A stretch of DNA of 64,000 nucleotides. Origin: Octopus sinensis (taxonomy: Eukaryota). The stretch is from NCBI RefSeq assembly GCF_006345805.1, contig NC_043015.1:45942001-46006000 (forward strand). The letters are read 5' to 3'. Made by a program: the position numbers and the translations under genes. Below the pieces are notes generated by a model. The model ran no database searches. It had not been told where the DNA came from and worked only from the letters and a program-made list of their open reading frames with translations. Of this stretch, positions 1 through 12,771 are shown in pieces. Position 1 is the first letter of the stretch. Each line of letters starts with the position of its first letter.

Positions 1-732
1 CCTATTTGGCAGATTGTCTATATCTCTCTACATCACTTCTGTGTTTTTTTTTTTGGGGGGGGGGTTACTTTTTCTGCCATCTTTCTATATTTTCTTTTCT
101 ATTTGTGTTGCTCTCTTTTTTTCTGTTACTATTTGTGTTGCTTTGCTTTACACACACACACTTTTACTCCTCTTCTTCTCACCCCCCTCTCTCTCTCTCT
201 CTTTGGAATTTTTTCAACTCTGGCTGTTTTATGCTGGAATGAATCGTGGATTGCTGTAGCCTATGGAATTACCCAACATTTTATTTCTTTCTTTCTTACT
301 AGCTTTCAAACCAACTACAGTTTTTCGACACTTTTTTTCCCTCCTTCTTACGTCACAAATGCCCCTTCGAAAAAAATATGAACTTAACAGTTTTTTACTA
401 AGGTGTCCCCCTTTTTTTCTCTCTAATGGTATCCTTTCATGAGGTTTAAAGATTTGTGTTGCCTTTCGTATCAAAAATTACATCCAAATAACTAGGAATC
501 CTCTCCACAGAGTTGGAAAATACCTTCATCTCCTGGTCTTCTTCAAAACTCTGTTGCGACCTAATACACAACCACATTCCTAGATCACATCCAAATTGAT
601 TGATAGATTCACTGCAGAATTCCACTACGGCTGCGTGGTTCTTCAGTTCTATTTGCAAACTACATGGTTCCTGGTTCGAGTGGGATGATCGATAGGCTTC
701 TCTCCGCTCTGACTTCTATTGTTACTGATTTT

Positions 733-1156
733 GGATCTTTTCGGTTTGAACGGCAGTTTTTTCTAGCGGTGTCATATGAAATTGTTACCCATAATTATTA
801 CCCTAGTATCGATCTATTGCATTTCTATCTGTTTTAGGGTTGGGGTTGGTTAGGGGTGGGGGAAGGGTATCTTTTTTTCTTCACAAATGTAAATAAACCC
901 AATCTGTTTCTTAAACGAGGGACATATTCATACGGCACAGAATATTTTTTTTTACCTCAATAGACGTCATTGATTGGTTGAAATTGCAGAAATTGAAGGA
1001 AAAAAAAACAAATATCTTACAAACTATAGAATTTTTTCAATAAAGCCCAGAGAAAAAGATGTTTTATAAACACATTCTACCAGTATATGAAGTTTAAAAG
1101 TGTTTAGTTACGTGGAAATTATTTTTAAAAAACTGCCGTTCAAACCGAAAAGATCC
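733..1156. mobile_element. non-autonomous DNA transposon (MITE) with ~28-bp TIR GGATCTTTTCGGTTTGAACGGCAGTTTT
   Basis: TIRs at both ends; flanks actgatttt/tatgatttt form an imperfect 8-9 bp TSD. Related copies at 23773-24010, 26328-26728 and ~28410-28790. Confidence 0.8.
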
Positions 1157-1597
1157 TATGATTTTAGTATTTGTTCCAGTTGCATTTGATAGATTAAAGA
1201 AAAAATCTGAAAATTTAAAATGCTATCATCTTGTATAGTGTGTGTGTGTGTGTGTGTGTGTGTTTGGTTGTATTTTGAGACAAATGAATGTAACTTATCC
1301 TTTGACGGCATTTTTCTAAAAATATTTAAAATTGTAAATATTTATTATAATCTTAGGTTAACCACAAAATAAAGATTGTATTGAAAATACATAAGAGATC
1401 TAACAATGTATAGAGTTTAAAGTCCCAGGACTTATGAATCACCTGCGTGTGTGTGTGTGTATGTGTGTGTGTTTGCACGCATGTATATACGTATATACAC
1501 GTTCTTTTCAATAACAGCCTAGTTGACAACACCCATCTCCGTTTTCATTACCGTTTCTGTTTCCACCACCTCAGCTCCTTATTAAACGCTATATACA

Positions 1598-1855
1598 CAC
1601 TGGGGTCGATGTAATCGACTTAATCCGTTTGTCCTTGTTTGTCCTCTCTGTGTTTAGCCCCTTGTGGGTAGTAAAGAAATAGGTATTTCGTCTGTCTTTA
1701 CGTTCTGAGGTCGACTTTGCCTTTCATTTTTTTCCGGGTCGATTAAACAAGTACCAGTTACACACTGGGGTCGATGTAATCAACTTAATACCTATGTCTG
1801 TCCTTGTTTGTCCCCTCTGTGTTTAGCCCCCTATGGGCAATATAGAAATGAATAA
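1598..1855 (+). mobile_element. SINE family B, partial tandem dimer
   Basis: 3' part of one copy joined at ggtatttc to an internal-to-3' second copy; same sequence as 13712-13920 and 17970-18190. Confidence 0.7.
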
Positions 1856-2737
1856 CTAATATTTAATATAATAGGGTGTTTTTTTAAACATCAAATGGCT
1901 ATGAGGTCCCACCCTAGCAAAATAGGAATCAAAGGTAAAAAGTGGTTGAAGAAACACTGGTTTTTAAACCAATGTTTTACCAACTGTCTGGTGTGTGTCC
2001 CCCTTGTTGCTAATTTTTGCGATTTTCTCAAATTGATTCCACTTCTTAAACTTCAAGTTCTTCATTAACTTCTAATCTTTTACTTGCCTGTCATTGAACT
2101 GCGGCACCAACTTCAGTTTAGTCAAACCAACCAGCCTCAATATTTCATTTAAAAAAAAAAATCTGATACTTATTCCGTTTGTTTCTTTTGCCAAACTGCT
2201 TACAGGAATGTAAACAAACCAACAATGTGGCACACACACACACAATATGATGGACTTCCACATAGTTTCCATCTACCAAATTCACTTATGAGGCATTGAT
2301 CAGTCAGGTGCTTTGGTAGAAGAGACTTTTTCCTAAGGTGCCACATGGTGGGATTGAACCCACAACCACATGGTTACAAAGCAAGCTTCTGAAATGCAAG
2401 TGTGTGTGTTTGTGTGTACACATGTAAATCTTTAACTGGTTTCAATTAATGTACAATGGCCATGCTAGAACACCTCATTCTTGGACAGCTGTTCTCAAAC
2501 TGACAAATACCAGCCTTCCCCCATTTACAAGAAAATATTTGTGAGATTCTTTCCCCCCTATCTTAATGAGAAAACAAAATAGCTTTTATCTGTATAATTT
2601 CTTTGCCATGGTGTTAGTAGGGCATGTTTAAAACCTATGTTGATTTAATTAAACGTAGTTGTTTCTCCTCCCCACACAATTTCTGATTTTCATAGCCCCC
2701 TATCCCCATGCACACTCATCCTTGTGTGTGTGTGTGT

Positions 2738-2975
2738 GCCGGTGACACGTAAAAAAGCACCAACTGATCATGGCCATTTGCCAGCCTCCTCTGGCCCCTG
2801 TGTCAGTAGCATGTAAAAAGCACCCACTACACTCAGAGTGGTTGGCATTAGGAAGGGCATCCAGCTGTTGAAACACTGCCAGATCAGACTGGAGCCTGAC
2901 ACAGACTCCTGGCTTCCCAAACCCTGGTCAAACTGTCCAACCCATGCTAGCATGGAAAATGGACGTAATATATAT
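2738..2975 (+). mobile_element. dispersed repeat family C (SINE/LINE-tail type; most copies end in a (TGA)n tail)
   Basis: Motif gtggttggcattaggaagggcatccagctg...ccatgctagcatggaaa recurs at ~4555, 12835, 24547, 31980, 42560, 43030, 45780 and 58610. Confidence 0.65.
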
Positions 2976-3723
2976 ATATATATATATGAAATTTAGAATT
3001 TAATCCACAGACCCCTAGGGGTCTGCAGGCCACAGATTGGAAACCACTGTTCTAAGACATAGCTGATTACATCAGCTCCACTCCTCCCCTGAAGTTATTA
3101 ATGTCTGAAGAATGAAAAACAAAAGAAATCTGGGGGAAGGTTGAACTCAAAACGTGGAGAGATGTAATTAGATCCCACAAAGGATTTTGTTCGATGCTTT
3201 GCCAAATTTGTTACCCACCCACCCACCCACCGTCTGTGTGTGTGTGTATTTCAAAATAAAGGCTTGGAATTTCATAGTGTTCCATGTTTTTGAAACTCTT
3301 TTACTTGTTTCTAAAGAGTTTAGTCAACAGGACTTATTCTGTAAGTTTGGTATTTAATCCATCCATGTCTTTTGCTGAATTGCTGGGTTACAGGGACATA
3401 AGTCGACCGACACTGGTTGTCAAGCTCAGTAGGGGAAGATAATACCCACAATGGGTTACCACATGGTTTCCATCTATCAAATTCATTCAGAGGACATTGG
3501 GTTGGCCTGGAACTATAATAGAAGGGCATTTGCCCAAAGTGCTGTGCAGTGACAGAACCCAAAACAAGGTGGTTACAAAGTGAGCTTCTTAACCACATAG
3601 CTGTGCCCATGTCTGTGTTATTTTATCAAAGAAATTATCAAATTTCTTTGACTAACAAGAAAATTCTTGTCTTGTGCCTTGAGTGGATTTGGTAGATGAA
3701 AACTGAAAGAAGCCCGTCGTGTG

Positions 3724-3771
<48 letters not shown>

Positions 3772-5225
3772 TATATGTGTGTGTATATGTTTGCCCCCCC
3801 CCCAACATCGCTTAACCGATGCTGGTGTGTTTACGTCCCCGTAACTTAGCGGTTCAGCGAGAGACCAATAGAATAAGTACTAGGCTTACAAAGAATAAGT
3901 CCTAGGGTCGATTTGCTCTACTAAAGGTGGTGCTCCAGTAAGATATTGTGTATCTTAAAATACTATACTCCTCACAAACCAGACTCATTTTTTTCCCCCT
4001 TCTGTCAAATAATGTTCCTCATTCTTTCTTTGCTTTCATTGTCACTCTTATTCTCTCAATCTTTTTTCGAGTCTTCAACTTTTACCATCTGTTGGCAATC
4101 CCTTGCATGATTCAGCTTTTTGCAGCAAATTAGTAACTTAATAATGACTTCTTGTGAAATATTTTCCCAGCATGTCAATCTGTAAATGTGTGTGCTATAC
4201 TATTGTCATTTACATTGTGAGGACACTTTCTGGGACTTAGAGACGGAAGCACTCTTACAAAAGATACTGTTTATGGCTTTTTCATAAATCTCATTGCAGC
4301 ATCTATTAATGATATCGTGGAAAGCAATCCAACATACTCGTTCTGCAAACTGTGATCAAATTCTAGTTCAAATCACCAAGAACAACCAGGCTATTTGCTA
4401 ATAGATAACTATGAGATTAGATGTGTACCATCTTTTTACATGTTTAATATAAGTGGCATAAAAGTAGCTGAGAAAGATCAGTTGAGCCTTACAAAGATGA
4501 CAAAAGGATCAAGATATATGGTGCTGTACTGTGTATTCAAGATGATCTATCTGCGACAGAAGAATTGATACCGGCAGTGGTGCCAGCGTTGAAAGCACCC
4601 AGCTTACTCTGTGGAGTGGTCAATGTTAGTAAGGGTACTTGGCCATGGAAATTGTGCCAGAATAGACAATGGAGCCTGGTGCAGCCCCCAGCCAGCATGG
4701 AAAAGGGATGTTTAATAATATACACACACGTGTGAATGTATTTTATATATTTAAACACTCAACAGATATTTTGGCCGAAGGTCTTGTCAAGTGTGATAGC
4801 CTAAACTGTGTGTATTTTGTATCTGTATATAAAATGTGCACACATTTAATCTTTGCTACTGATTCAATATCAACCATGCTGGAAACTTTACAGTAGATCA
4901 ATATGTATTTAAGGGGTGATGATACTGAAACCGTTCGTCTCAGTTACCAATTCTTTGTTTAATATATCTTTGTGATCACATGTCTCTGTAAACTTAATGG
5001 TCAAAATATTTGAAGTATTATTCTTTGTAGTTGAATTGAATTCACTCAGGTGTTAATAATTAGATTAATATGAGTTTCAATTAAAAAGTACAAATCTTGG
5101 TTAGTTAATTGTCAGGACTGTCAGTGGTCCAGTTAAGGTTCTTTGTGACATTTGTTCTGGTTCTTTGTATTCTGACAGTAAAGCCTGTGATGGCACTGGT
5201 GCCAAGCTGTATCAACCCAAGTCAA

Positions 5226-5612
5226 CCATCATCATTGTTCGACCGTGGTTGAGACAATGGAATTTACCATGCTACGCCAGACTTCACGGTCCATCATAGC
5301 ATTACGGAGGTCCTGTTGCTGGATGCCTGTATCCCTGGAGATTACATCAGGGTAGGAGAGTGTGCGCCCTCTGGTATTGCGAGTAGATGGCTTCCAGAGG
5401 AGAAGAGTAGAAATTGCCTCATTTTCAGCTCTACAACAATGTCCAGCAAACTGGACTCTCCTACCTTTCACAAGAGATGACACAGGTGGTAGTTTCCCAT
5501 ATATTTGCATTTTGGTTGAATGACACTTCCACGAGAGATTTTGAGCTCTCAAAAGGAGGCGAGTGTAGGTTCCATCCAACCGCCTCTCAAGCTTCTTTGA
5601 TAACGTCTAAGT
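5226..5612 (-). mobile_element. 3' fragment of an RTE-like non-LTR retrotransposon (ORF C-terminus plus TGA tail)
   Basis: ORF 5232..5579 'DGTYTRLL...RRVQFAGHCCR...LLLWKP..RGR..YPDVISRDTG...DLRNAMMDREVWR' is typical of RTE-clade C-termini and is followed by a TGATGATG tail. Confidence 0.75.
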
Positions 5613-6333
5613 CAACAACTTTTCCTTCGGATAAACATTTTCGTGAAGGTGACTTGCGTACATGAGCAGCTGCTAGCCTTTCGAAATTAGAAAAAAATCT
5701 TGCCCAGGTATGGCTGTGTGGTAAGAAGTTTACTTTCCAACCACTGGTTTCCAAGTTCAGTCTCATTGTGTGGCGCCTTCAGTTAGTGGTTTCTACTATA
5801 ACCTCAACCAACCAAAGCCTTATGAGTAGATTTGGTTGACAGAAACTAAAAGAAGTCTGTATGCGTATGTGTCTGTTTGTCCCTCATCACTACTTGGCAG
5901 TGCCCCAGCATCACAGCAATCTGATGACTGAAGCAAGGAAAGGAAACGATAAAAGAAGCCTTCATATGTACAGATAGATGCATAATCAACCTTGACCAAT
6001 GGAGTCCACCCAGACCAAAGTAGCGAATTACTAAAATTTTTAGGTGTTTTTGTAGTATCTGTTCTGGCTCTCTACATGTTCAAAATTAAAATATGGTTTT
6101 CTATCACTAGTCTTTTCATAGCAAAAACAGAAAAAGCTCTATGTGAGGCCCCAGCTTGCAATGATGGGCCTTTTTACTCCTAAGGTCACACAGAGCATCA
6201 GGTCAATCTCGGGAACATCAGTGCGAAAATGAGCAAACGATCGTACAATAAATCAAGATGTATGTTTGGACAGATATTTCCCATTTGAAGAAAAAGTAAG
6301 ATACTTGACTGACTTGTGTACATGGCTCAAGCA

Positions 6334-6334
<1 letters not shown>

Positions 6335-6401
<67 letters not shown>

Positions 6402-6410
6402 TATTACTTG

Positions 6411-6463
<53 letters not shown>
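6335..6463. repeat. (CA)~32 and (TG)~27 microsatellites in inverted arrangement with a 10-nt spacer
   Basis: Read directly from the sequence. Confidence 0.9.
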
Positions 6464-6466
<3 letters not shown>

Positions 6467-7087
6467 TTGAGAAAGAAATTTTTAACTTGGCATTTGACTC
6501 GCATCCTTATGTAGCCAGGTGATACTGGAAATCTCCCTTCAAATACATTGATCATGGTTTCCCCAGTAAGTCAGTTTGATCAAGTTCACATACGATCGAA
6601 GACAGCCATTCTGTGACTACCTTTTATTCTTTTCCCAGATCTGTTATATCCACAACTATATTTTCCAGTAGTGTGTCTGTTTTTAAGATAGTTGGAAGTT
6701 TTGGTTGCGCTTTCTAGCAGGTTGAGCAACAAGTCATTAACTGAAGTGACTAGATTTTTTTCTTTATCTTGCCATTGGACTGTGCCCGTACTGAGCACTG
6801 CATTAGCAGGTTTAGGTGACCCAATTGACCCCAGTATTGTCAAACATTTTTTTTCTAGGCCTGGTACTTATATTCGTTTGTTTACATCTCCCTAACTCAG
6901 GCAGTTTAACACAGGGACCAGTACCAGTTGTCAAGGTATGGTCGGACAACACTCACACACGACTGGCTACTTTGTTTCCACCCACCAAATCCACTTGCAA
7001 GGCTTTTGACCAGCCTTGGGCTATAGAAGACACGTGCCCAAACTTATCACAAAGCTTATCCTTTATATTTTTTAAATTTTATGAATG

Positions 7088-7865
7088 AAGCGCAGGAGTG
7101 GCTGAGTGGTAAGTAGCTTGTTTACCAACCACATGGTTACGGGTTCATTCCCACTGCGTGGCACCTTGGGCAAGTGTCTTCTACTATAGCCTCGGGCCGA
7201 CCAAAGCCTTGTGAGTGGATTTGGTAGACAAACTAAAAGAAGCCCGTCGTATATATGTATATATATATATATATATAGGCGCAGGAGTGGCTGTGTGGTA
7301 AGTAGCTTGTTTACCAACCACATGGTTACGGGTTCATTCCCACTGCGTGACACCTTGGGCAAGTGTCTTCTACTATAGCCTCGGGCCGACCAAAGCCTTG
7401 TGAGTGGATTTGGTAGACAAACTAAAAGAAGCCCGTCGTATATATGTATATATATAGGCGCAGGAGTGGCTGTGTAGTAAGTAGCTTGTTTACCAACCAC
7501 ATGGTTACGGGTTCATTCCCACTGCGTGGCACCTTGGGCAAGTGTCTTCAACTATAGCCTCGGGCCGACCAAAGCCTTGTGAGTGGATTTGGTAGACGGA
7601 AACTAAAAGAAGCCCGTCGTATATATGTATATATATATATCTATATATATGTGTGCGTGTATGTTTATGTGTCTTTGTCCCATCCAACATCACTTGACAA
7701 CCGGTGCTGGTGTGTTTATGTCCCCATCACTTAGCGGTTCGGCAGAAGAAACTGATACAATAAGTACTGGGCTTACAAAAGAATAAGTCCCGGGGTCGAG
7801 TTGCTCGATTAAAGGCGGTGCTCCAGCATGGCCGCAGTCAAATGACTGAAACAAGTAAAAGAGAG
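7088..7865 (+). mobile_element. tRNA-derived SINE family A with its 5' half present three times in tandem
   Basis: Heads 'aggcgcaggagtggctg...ggttacgggttcattccc...accttgggcaagtg' start at ~7088, 7277 and 7456; only the third has the 3' half. The accttgggcaagt segment resembles the CORE domain. Confidence 0.85.
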
Positions 7866-8083
7866 AAAAAGAGAGAATTGAAATCTAGAAATTTAGTGTA
7901 ACAGCTGTATGTTTGAGTTATTTTGCATTGTATTTCAAGGCTTGTGGCGACACAAGCACCAAAGGACTTGTAAAAGAAACGAAAATTTAAAAAAAATTTA
8001 CTCAGTCGGTTGGAACACAAGTCCTACATAAATTTCCAGTTCTTTCTCTTTTCTCTGATTGGCCATCTCTCTCTCTCTTTCTT

Positions 8084-8123
<40 letters not shown>

Positions 8124-8470
8124 CTTCTATCTCTCTTTCTCTTTCTTTCTTCCTCCCTCTCTCTCTCTCCCCCTCATCATTTCAGATGAAAAATTATTGG
8201 GTTGTTTCAACACTTGGTTCCATGTGATAGAATTTCTAGAAAATCTTGAGGAAAAAAATTAAATGCCATAGTTTCAAATGTGTACACATACATGTATACA
8301 TACACATGTATGCGCACACATATATACATCATATATACATACACACAAATGTACATATTTGCACTCGTACACACGATGTTGACTTTATTACAGTTCATGA
8401 AAATTAATGGCATCAATCTCAGACTTGGGAAACACTGCAAATGCCAGTAAAAAAAAAGTTAAATATATAC

Positions 8471-8838
8471 ATAGGCGCAGGAGTGGCTGTGTAGTAAGTA
8501 GCTTCTTTACCAACCACATGGTTCCAGGTTCAGTCCCACTGCATGGCACCTTGGGCAAGTGTCTTCTGCTATAGCCTCGGGCCAACCAAAGCCTTGTGAG
8601 TGGATTTGGTAGACGGAAACTGAAAAGTATATAAGGTGTGTGTGTGTGTGTGTCCCCTAGCATTGCTTGACAACCGGTGCTGGTGTGTTTACGTCGCCGT
8701 AACTTAGCGGTTCGGCAAAAAGAGACTGATAGAATAAGTACTGGGCTTACAAAAAGAATAAGTCCCAGGGTCGATTTGCTCGACTAAAGGCAGTGCTCCA
8801 GCATGGCCGCAGTCAAATGACTGAAGCAAGTAAGAGTA
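8471..8838 (+). mobile_element. SINE family A, full length
   Basis: A/B-box-like head, CORE-like middle, internal (TG)n, 3' end gtcaaatgactgaa(a/g)caagtaa. Confidence 0.85.
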
Positions 8839-9006
8839 AACAGTATACATACTACACACACTTATATATAAGCACTTAAGTATACTTACAACGTTGTGAA
8901 ATGATTTACTTTACAAAGGGAAATAAGCCAAGTCAGCTATTCACTCCTACCCTATCGTCTTCTCTTCCCCCCATCCTCCCTACCGCACAGCACATTGTCA
9001 ACTGTT

Positions 9007-9198
9007 TCAAACTTGTGGGGATTGGAATTCACAGCAGTTTTGAAGAATTCCTTGTAGACTTGTAAAGGAGCAAGGGTAGTGGTGTGGGTAGGAAGTTCTC
9101 CATGCCTTCACTTGCTTCTTAAACTCTATCACACACACACACACACACACACACACTCTCTCTCTCTCTCTCTCTCTGTATGTATGTATGTATGTATG

Positions 9199-9242
<44 letters not shown>

Positions 9243-9380
9243 TTATTGTATGAGTGTTATATTGTCCTACTTTTTGGTAAATTTGCTGGGTGCTGCCAGA
9301 CTTGAGAACCCTGCTTTCTTTTATTTATTAATTGTAGCCTTCTCTTTCTCCCCTTACCCTGAGTGCTTCTCAGTCTAGCC
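9007..9380 (-). mobile_element. degenerate LINE (CR1/L2-like) 3' end interrupted by microsatellites
   Basis: Reverse-strand peptides 'GSQVWQHPANLPKSRTI' and 'IEFKKQVKAW...YPC' resemble the 'GPKIWNxLP..IK....FKxxxKxW..CPC' tail motif. Confidence 0.4.
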
Positions 9381-9414
9381 ATGTTTTCCTTGGGTTTTTC
9401 TTCTAATAAATCTG

Positions 9415-9416
9415 TA

Positions 9417-9473
<57 letters not shown>

Positions 9474-9630
9474 GTGTATATATGTGTGTGTGTGTATATA
9501 TGTGTGTGTGTATATATATATGTGTATATGTGTGTGTGTATATATATATGTGTATATATATGTGTGTGTGTGTGTGTGGTGTGTGTATATATACGTGTGT
9601 ATATGTATGTATATACACATACACACACAC
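9415..9630. repeat. compound (TG)n/(TA)n microsatellite
   Basis: Read directly; source of several spurious ORFs. Confidence 0.9.
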
Positions 9631-10231
9631 CCCTGCATGTGTGTCATGTGATCACCAGTGTAATCAATAGGTAGGCAGTACATGTTTCAGTTAAGATTTC
9701 CACCCTCTTGCTGCTGAAATTCTTGTGTCTCTGGGGAATTCTTCTCTGGTGACCCACCCACCCACCTACCAACCTACCCCCCATCTCTCTCTCTCTCACT
9801 CTGGTCTCCTGTTGACATACCAAATGATTATTTACAGCTGAAGAAAAAAAGAAACAAATTATATTGTTCCCTCAGCTTTTTATTTCTACTCCTCCTTCCC
9901 CACTACCTCCACCACCATATGCCATCAACTCTATTCCCACCCATTATTGCTTTTTAAGGATTAACCGCCACTTTTTCAAAAATACATTTTCTTAATTCTG
10001 ATCCCTGCGACTCACCATAGTTTTTGGCTAGTCCTTGATTTGCTCACACTCACTTATCTGTGTGTGTAGCATTTTACTCAGTCATTTGGTTGCAGCCATG
10101 CTAGACAACACTTTTGCAAGCGTTTGGTGATCATATCTGCCCTAGTCTGTGCTTTCTTTCTAATGTTTTTTTGGGTTTTTTTCTTCATATCTTTTGAAAA
10201 TCCTTTTGTTTCAATCAGTTTTGAAAATAAT

Positions 10232-10583
10232 AGCTGTGTGGTAAGAAGCTTGCTTACCAACCACATGGTTCTGGGTTCAGTCCCACTGCGTGGCATCTTG
10301 GGCAAACGTCTTCTATATCCTCGGGCTGACCAAAGCATCGTGAGTGGATTTGGTAGATGGAAACTGAAAGAAGCCCGTCGTGTGTGTGTCTGTGTTTGTA
10401 CCCCCCACATCACTTGACAACCGATGCTGGTGTGTTTACGTCCCCGGTTCGGCAAAAGAGACCAAGACAATAAGTACTGGGCTTACAAAGAATAAGTCCT
10501 GGGGGCGATTTGCTCGATCGACTAAAGGCGGTGCTCCAGCATGGCCACAGTCAAATGACTAAAACAAGTAAAAGGATAAGAGA
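10232..10583 (+). mobile_element. SINE family A
   Basis: Same sequence family as 8471-8838. Confidence 0.8.
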
Positions 10584-11512
10584 GAAGTCATTAAAATAAG
10601 ATTATCAAGTTAATGTTTAGAAGAACATGAACTATCATGAAATTTTAATGAAAGGTTTTAATTTCAATCAGTTTAAAAGGGGAAGTTTGTATTATAGAAC
10701 TAGGGGCCTGTCTCAGTTGGTGTGACCCCAACCCCTCCCATTCCTTATCACACTGTTTTGGGGTATAAATGCAGTTGAGTATTTTCCCCTTCCTCCTTTT
10801 CAGATGGTTTCACCTTAAGCTTGTGCATAATCCACTCTTAATGACTCCACTAATTACCAGATGACTTTATTCATTGGTTGGTTCCACAAAAAGGACCCAT
10901 ACATACGTGTGTGGTAATGACACACAGGAATCTCTTAATTTGTCTTAATGAGGCAATTGTACACTGAGGATACTGTACAATTAATTACAACTAATTAATT
11001 TGTTGCAGAATAAACACTGTTAGCCTCGCTTTTTCAACCATGCGTGGCTGTGTGGTTAAGAAGCTTGCTTTGCAAACACTTGGTTTTGGGTTCAGTCCTA
11101 CTGCACAGCACCTTGGTCAAGTGCCTTCTATTATAGCCCAGGCTGACCAATTCTTTGTGAGTGTCTCTGGTTGATGGAAACTGTGTGGAAGCTTGTCATG
11201 TATGTGTATATAAATGTCGTTCCCCACTGCCCCTTGACAACTGCTATTCATTTGGTTACATCTCTATAACCTTGCAGTTCAGCAAAAGAGACTGATGGAA
11301 TAAGTACTGGTATTGAAAATATGTACTCGGATCAATTTGACTAAAAAAAGGTGGGGCGATTTATTGTGGCCATGCTGTGCTCCAGCATGGGCGTAGTCCT
11401 ATGACTAAAACAAAAGATATGTGAAATAGATACATGGACAGAATCATTTAGTTACTTAGCATTAACTTAGTTTATAAAACTAGTGCTCACTGTCTTGTGG
11501 CCATCTTCAGCA

Positions 11513-11905
11513 GTGGAGGTGCAATGGCCCAATGGTTGGGGCAGCAGACTCACGGTTGGAGGATCAGTTTCGATTCCCAGACCGGGCGTTGTGTGTTTTT
11601 ATTGAGCGAAAACACCTAAAGCTCCACAAGGCTCCGGCAGGGTGTGGTGGCGACCCCTGTTGTACTCTTTCGCCCCCAACTTTCTCTCACTCTTTCTTCC
11701 TGTTTCTTGTCCCCGACTTCCTACGCAACCGCTGAGCCTGGATGCACATTCATCCATCCGTCAATGCTCTCGGTGTCGGGGGTTGACCTGCTTTCTCTTC
11801 TGCGGGTCTTACGAATAGCAAAGGACCACGTTTCGGACTTCTCCCACTACAGAGGCGTGATCTTGCGAGCTCTGGGACGAAGACCGCTACGCTCAACAGC
11901 AACAT
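11513..11905 (+). mobile_element. tRNA-derived SINE, different family (GC-rich)
   Basis: A box TGGCCCAATGG, B box GTTTCGATTCC, GC-rich body and a caacagcaacatc tail. Confidence 0.55.
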
Positions 11906-12194
11906 CTTCAGCAAGATATTCTGACTGCTCTCAGTAAAGACAACCTTGAAAAACAATTGACAGACTGATAACATTGTTCTAAATGTCAACAAGCACTTTT
12001 TTTTTTCTTTTTCCAGTTCAATAAAATGTTTGACATAAATACCACATGTTAAAGGAAATATGCAGTAATCTTCTGGGTCACTTGGGGTAATCTTGTGGAA
12101 CACCTGGGTGTTTCAGTGACTGCTGACTTCTTCAGCCACTGTCCATAGGCTTCCATAGAAACTTTTGATAACTGTTGGCCATGAGGGTTAATCT

Positions 12195-12771
12195 CTATCT
12201 CTATAGATCAGTGGTTTTCAACCAGGGTTCCGCCAGTACAGTCCAGAGGTTCCGCAAGAAGTTACAAAAATGCTAAAATCGACAGTCATTTTAAATTCTC
12301 CTGTGCAGATATGTGTGCATAAGGCAATTAAATTATTGCACAGGGGTTCCTCGAGCCAGTGGAATGTTTCCTTAGGGTTCCGCTTCAGCAAAAAGTTTGA
12401 AAAGCACTGCTATAGATATATAAATGGCAAAATGTCTGTGTGTGTGTCCTTTATACAAATCCACAATTTTTCAGTTAGAGGGCTTGCCCTTTCTATGGTC
12501 ATTCAAAACCGTCCGAGGGTGGTTGTGCACATCTTTACATTTCCCCAGTCACCCCGCAAAGCCATTAAAAAATCGATAGAAGTGACTTTTTGTGAATTTT
12601 ATATCCTAAACCCAATTAAAATTCCCAAAACTTTATATGCCAATTGAATGCCAGCTAGCTGTATGTGATTGGTCGCAGATTTGGACAGTACTCGTGTGTA
12701 TGTGCGCACGTATGCAGCTGTATATGCATGCACTAGCAGTATGACTTGGCAACGCCGGGTGATAGTGCTAG
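12195..12771 (+). mobile_element. non-autonomous Helitron, interrupted by the hAT MITE
   Basis: 5' TCTAT.., subterminal hairpin, CTAG|T 3' end at 12768-72; homologous to 36044-36399 and 46319-46683. Confidence 0.75.
12209..12409. mobile_element. hAT-type MITE inserted in the 5' end of a Helitron
   Basis: TIR CAGTGGTTTTCAA / TTGAAAAGCACTG and perfect 8-bp TSD CTATAGAT (12201-08 and 12410-17). Confidence 0.85.

Noticed and set aside
7088-7160. tRNA-like heads with A/B boxes
   Set aside because: No complete cloverleaf; they continue into SINE bodies, so they were not called tRNA genes.
7072-7693. Recurring ORFs such as 'RLPNPLTRLWSARGYSRRHLPKVPRSG' and 'MSSNARG...'
   Set aside because: Translations of SINE family A copies, which explains their recurrence across the window; not a gene family.
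9257-9683. Several overlapping His/Thr/Tyr or Cys/Val ORFs
   Set aside because: Produced by (TG)n/(TA)n microsatellites; the same applies at 6266-6555, 52656-53142 and 59901-60435.
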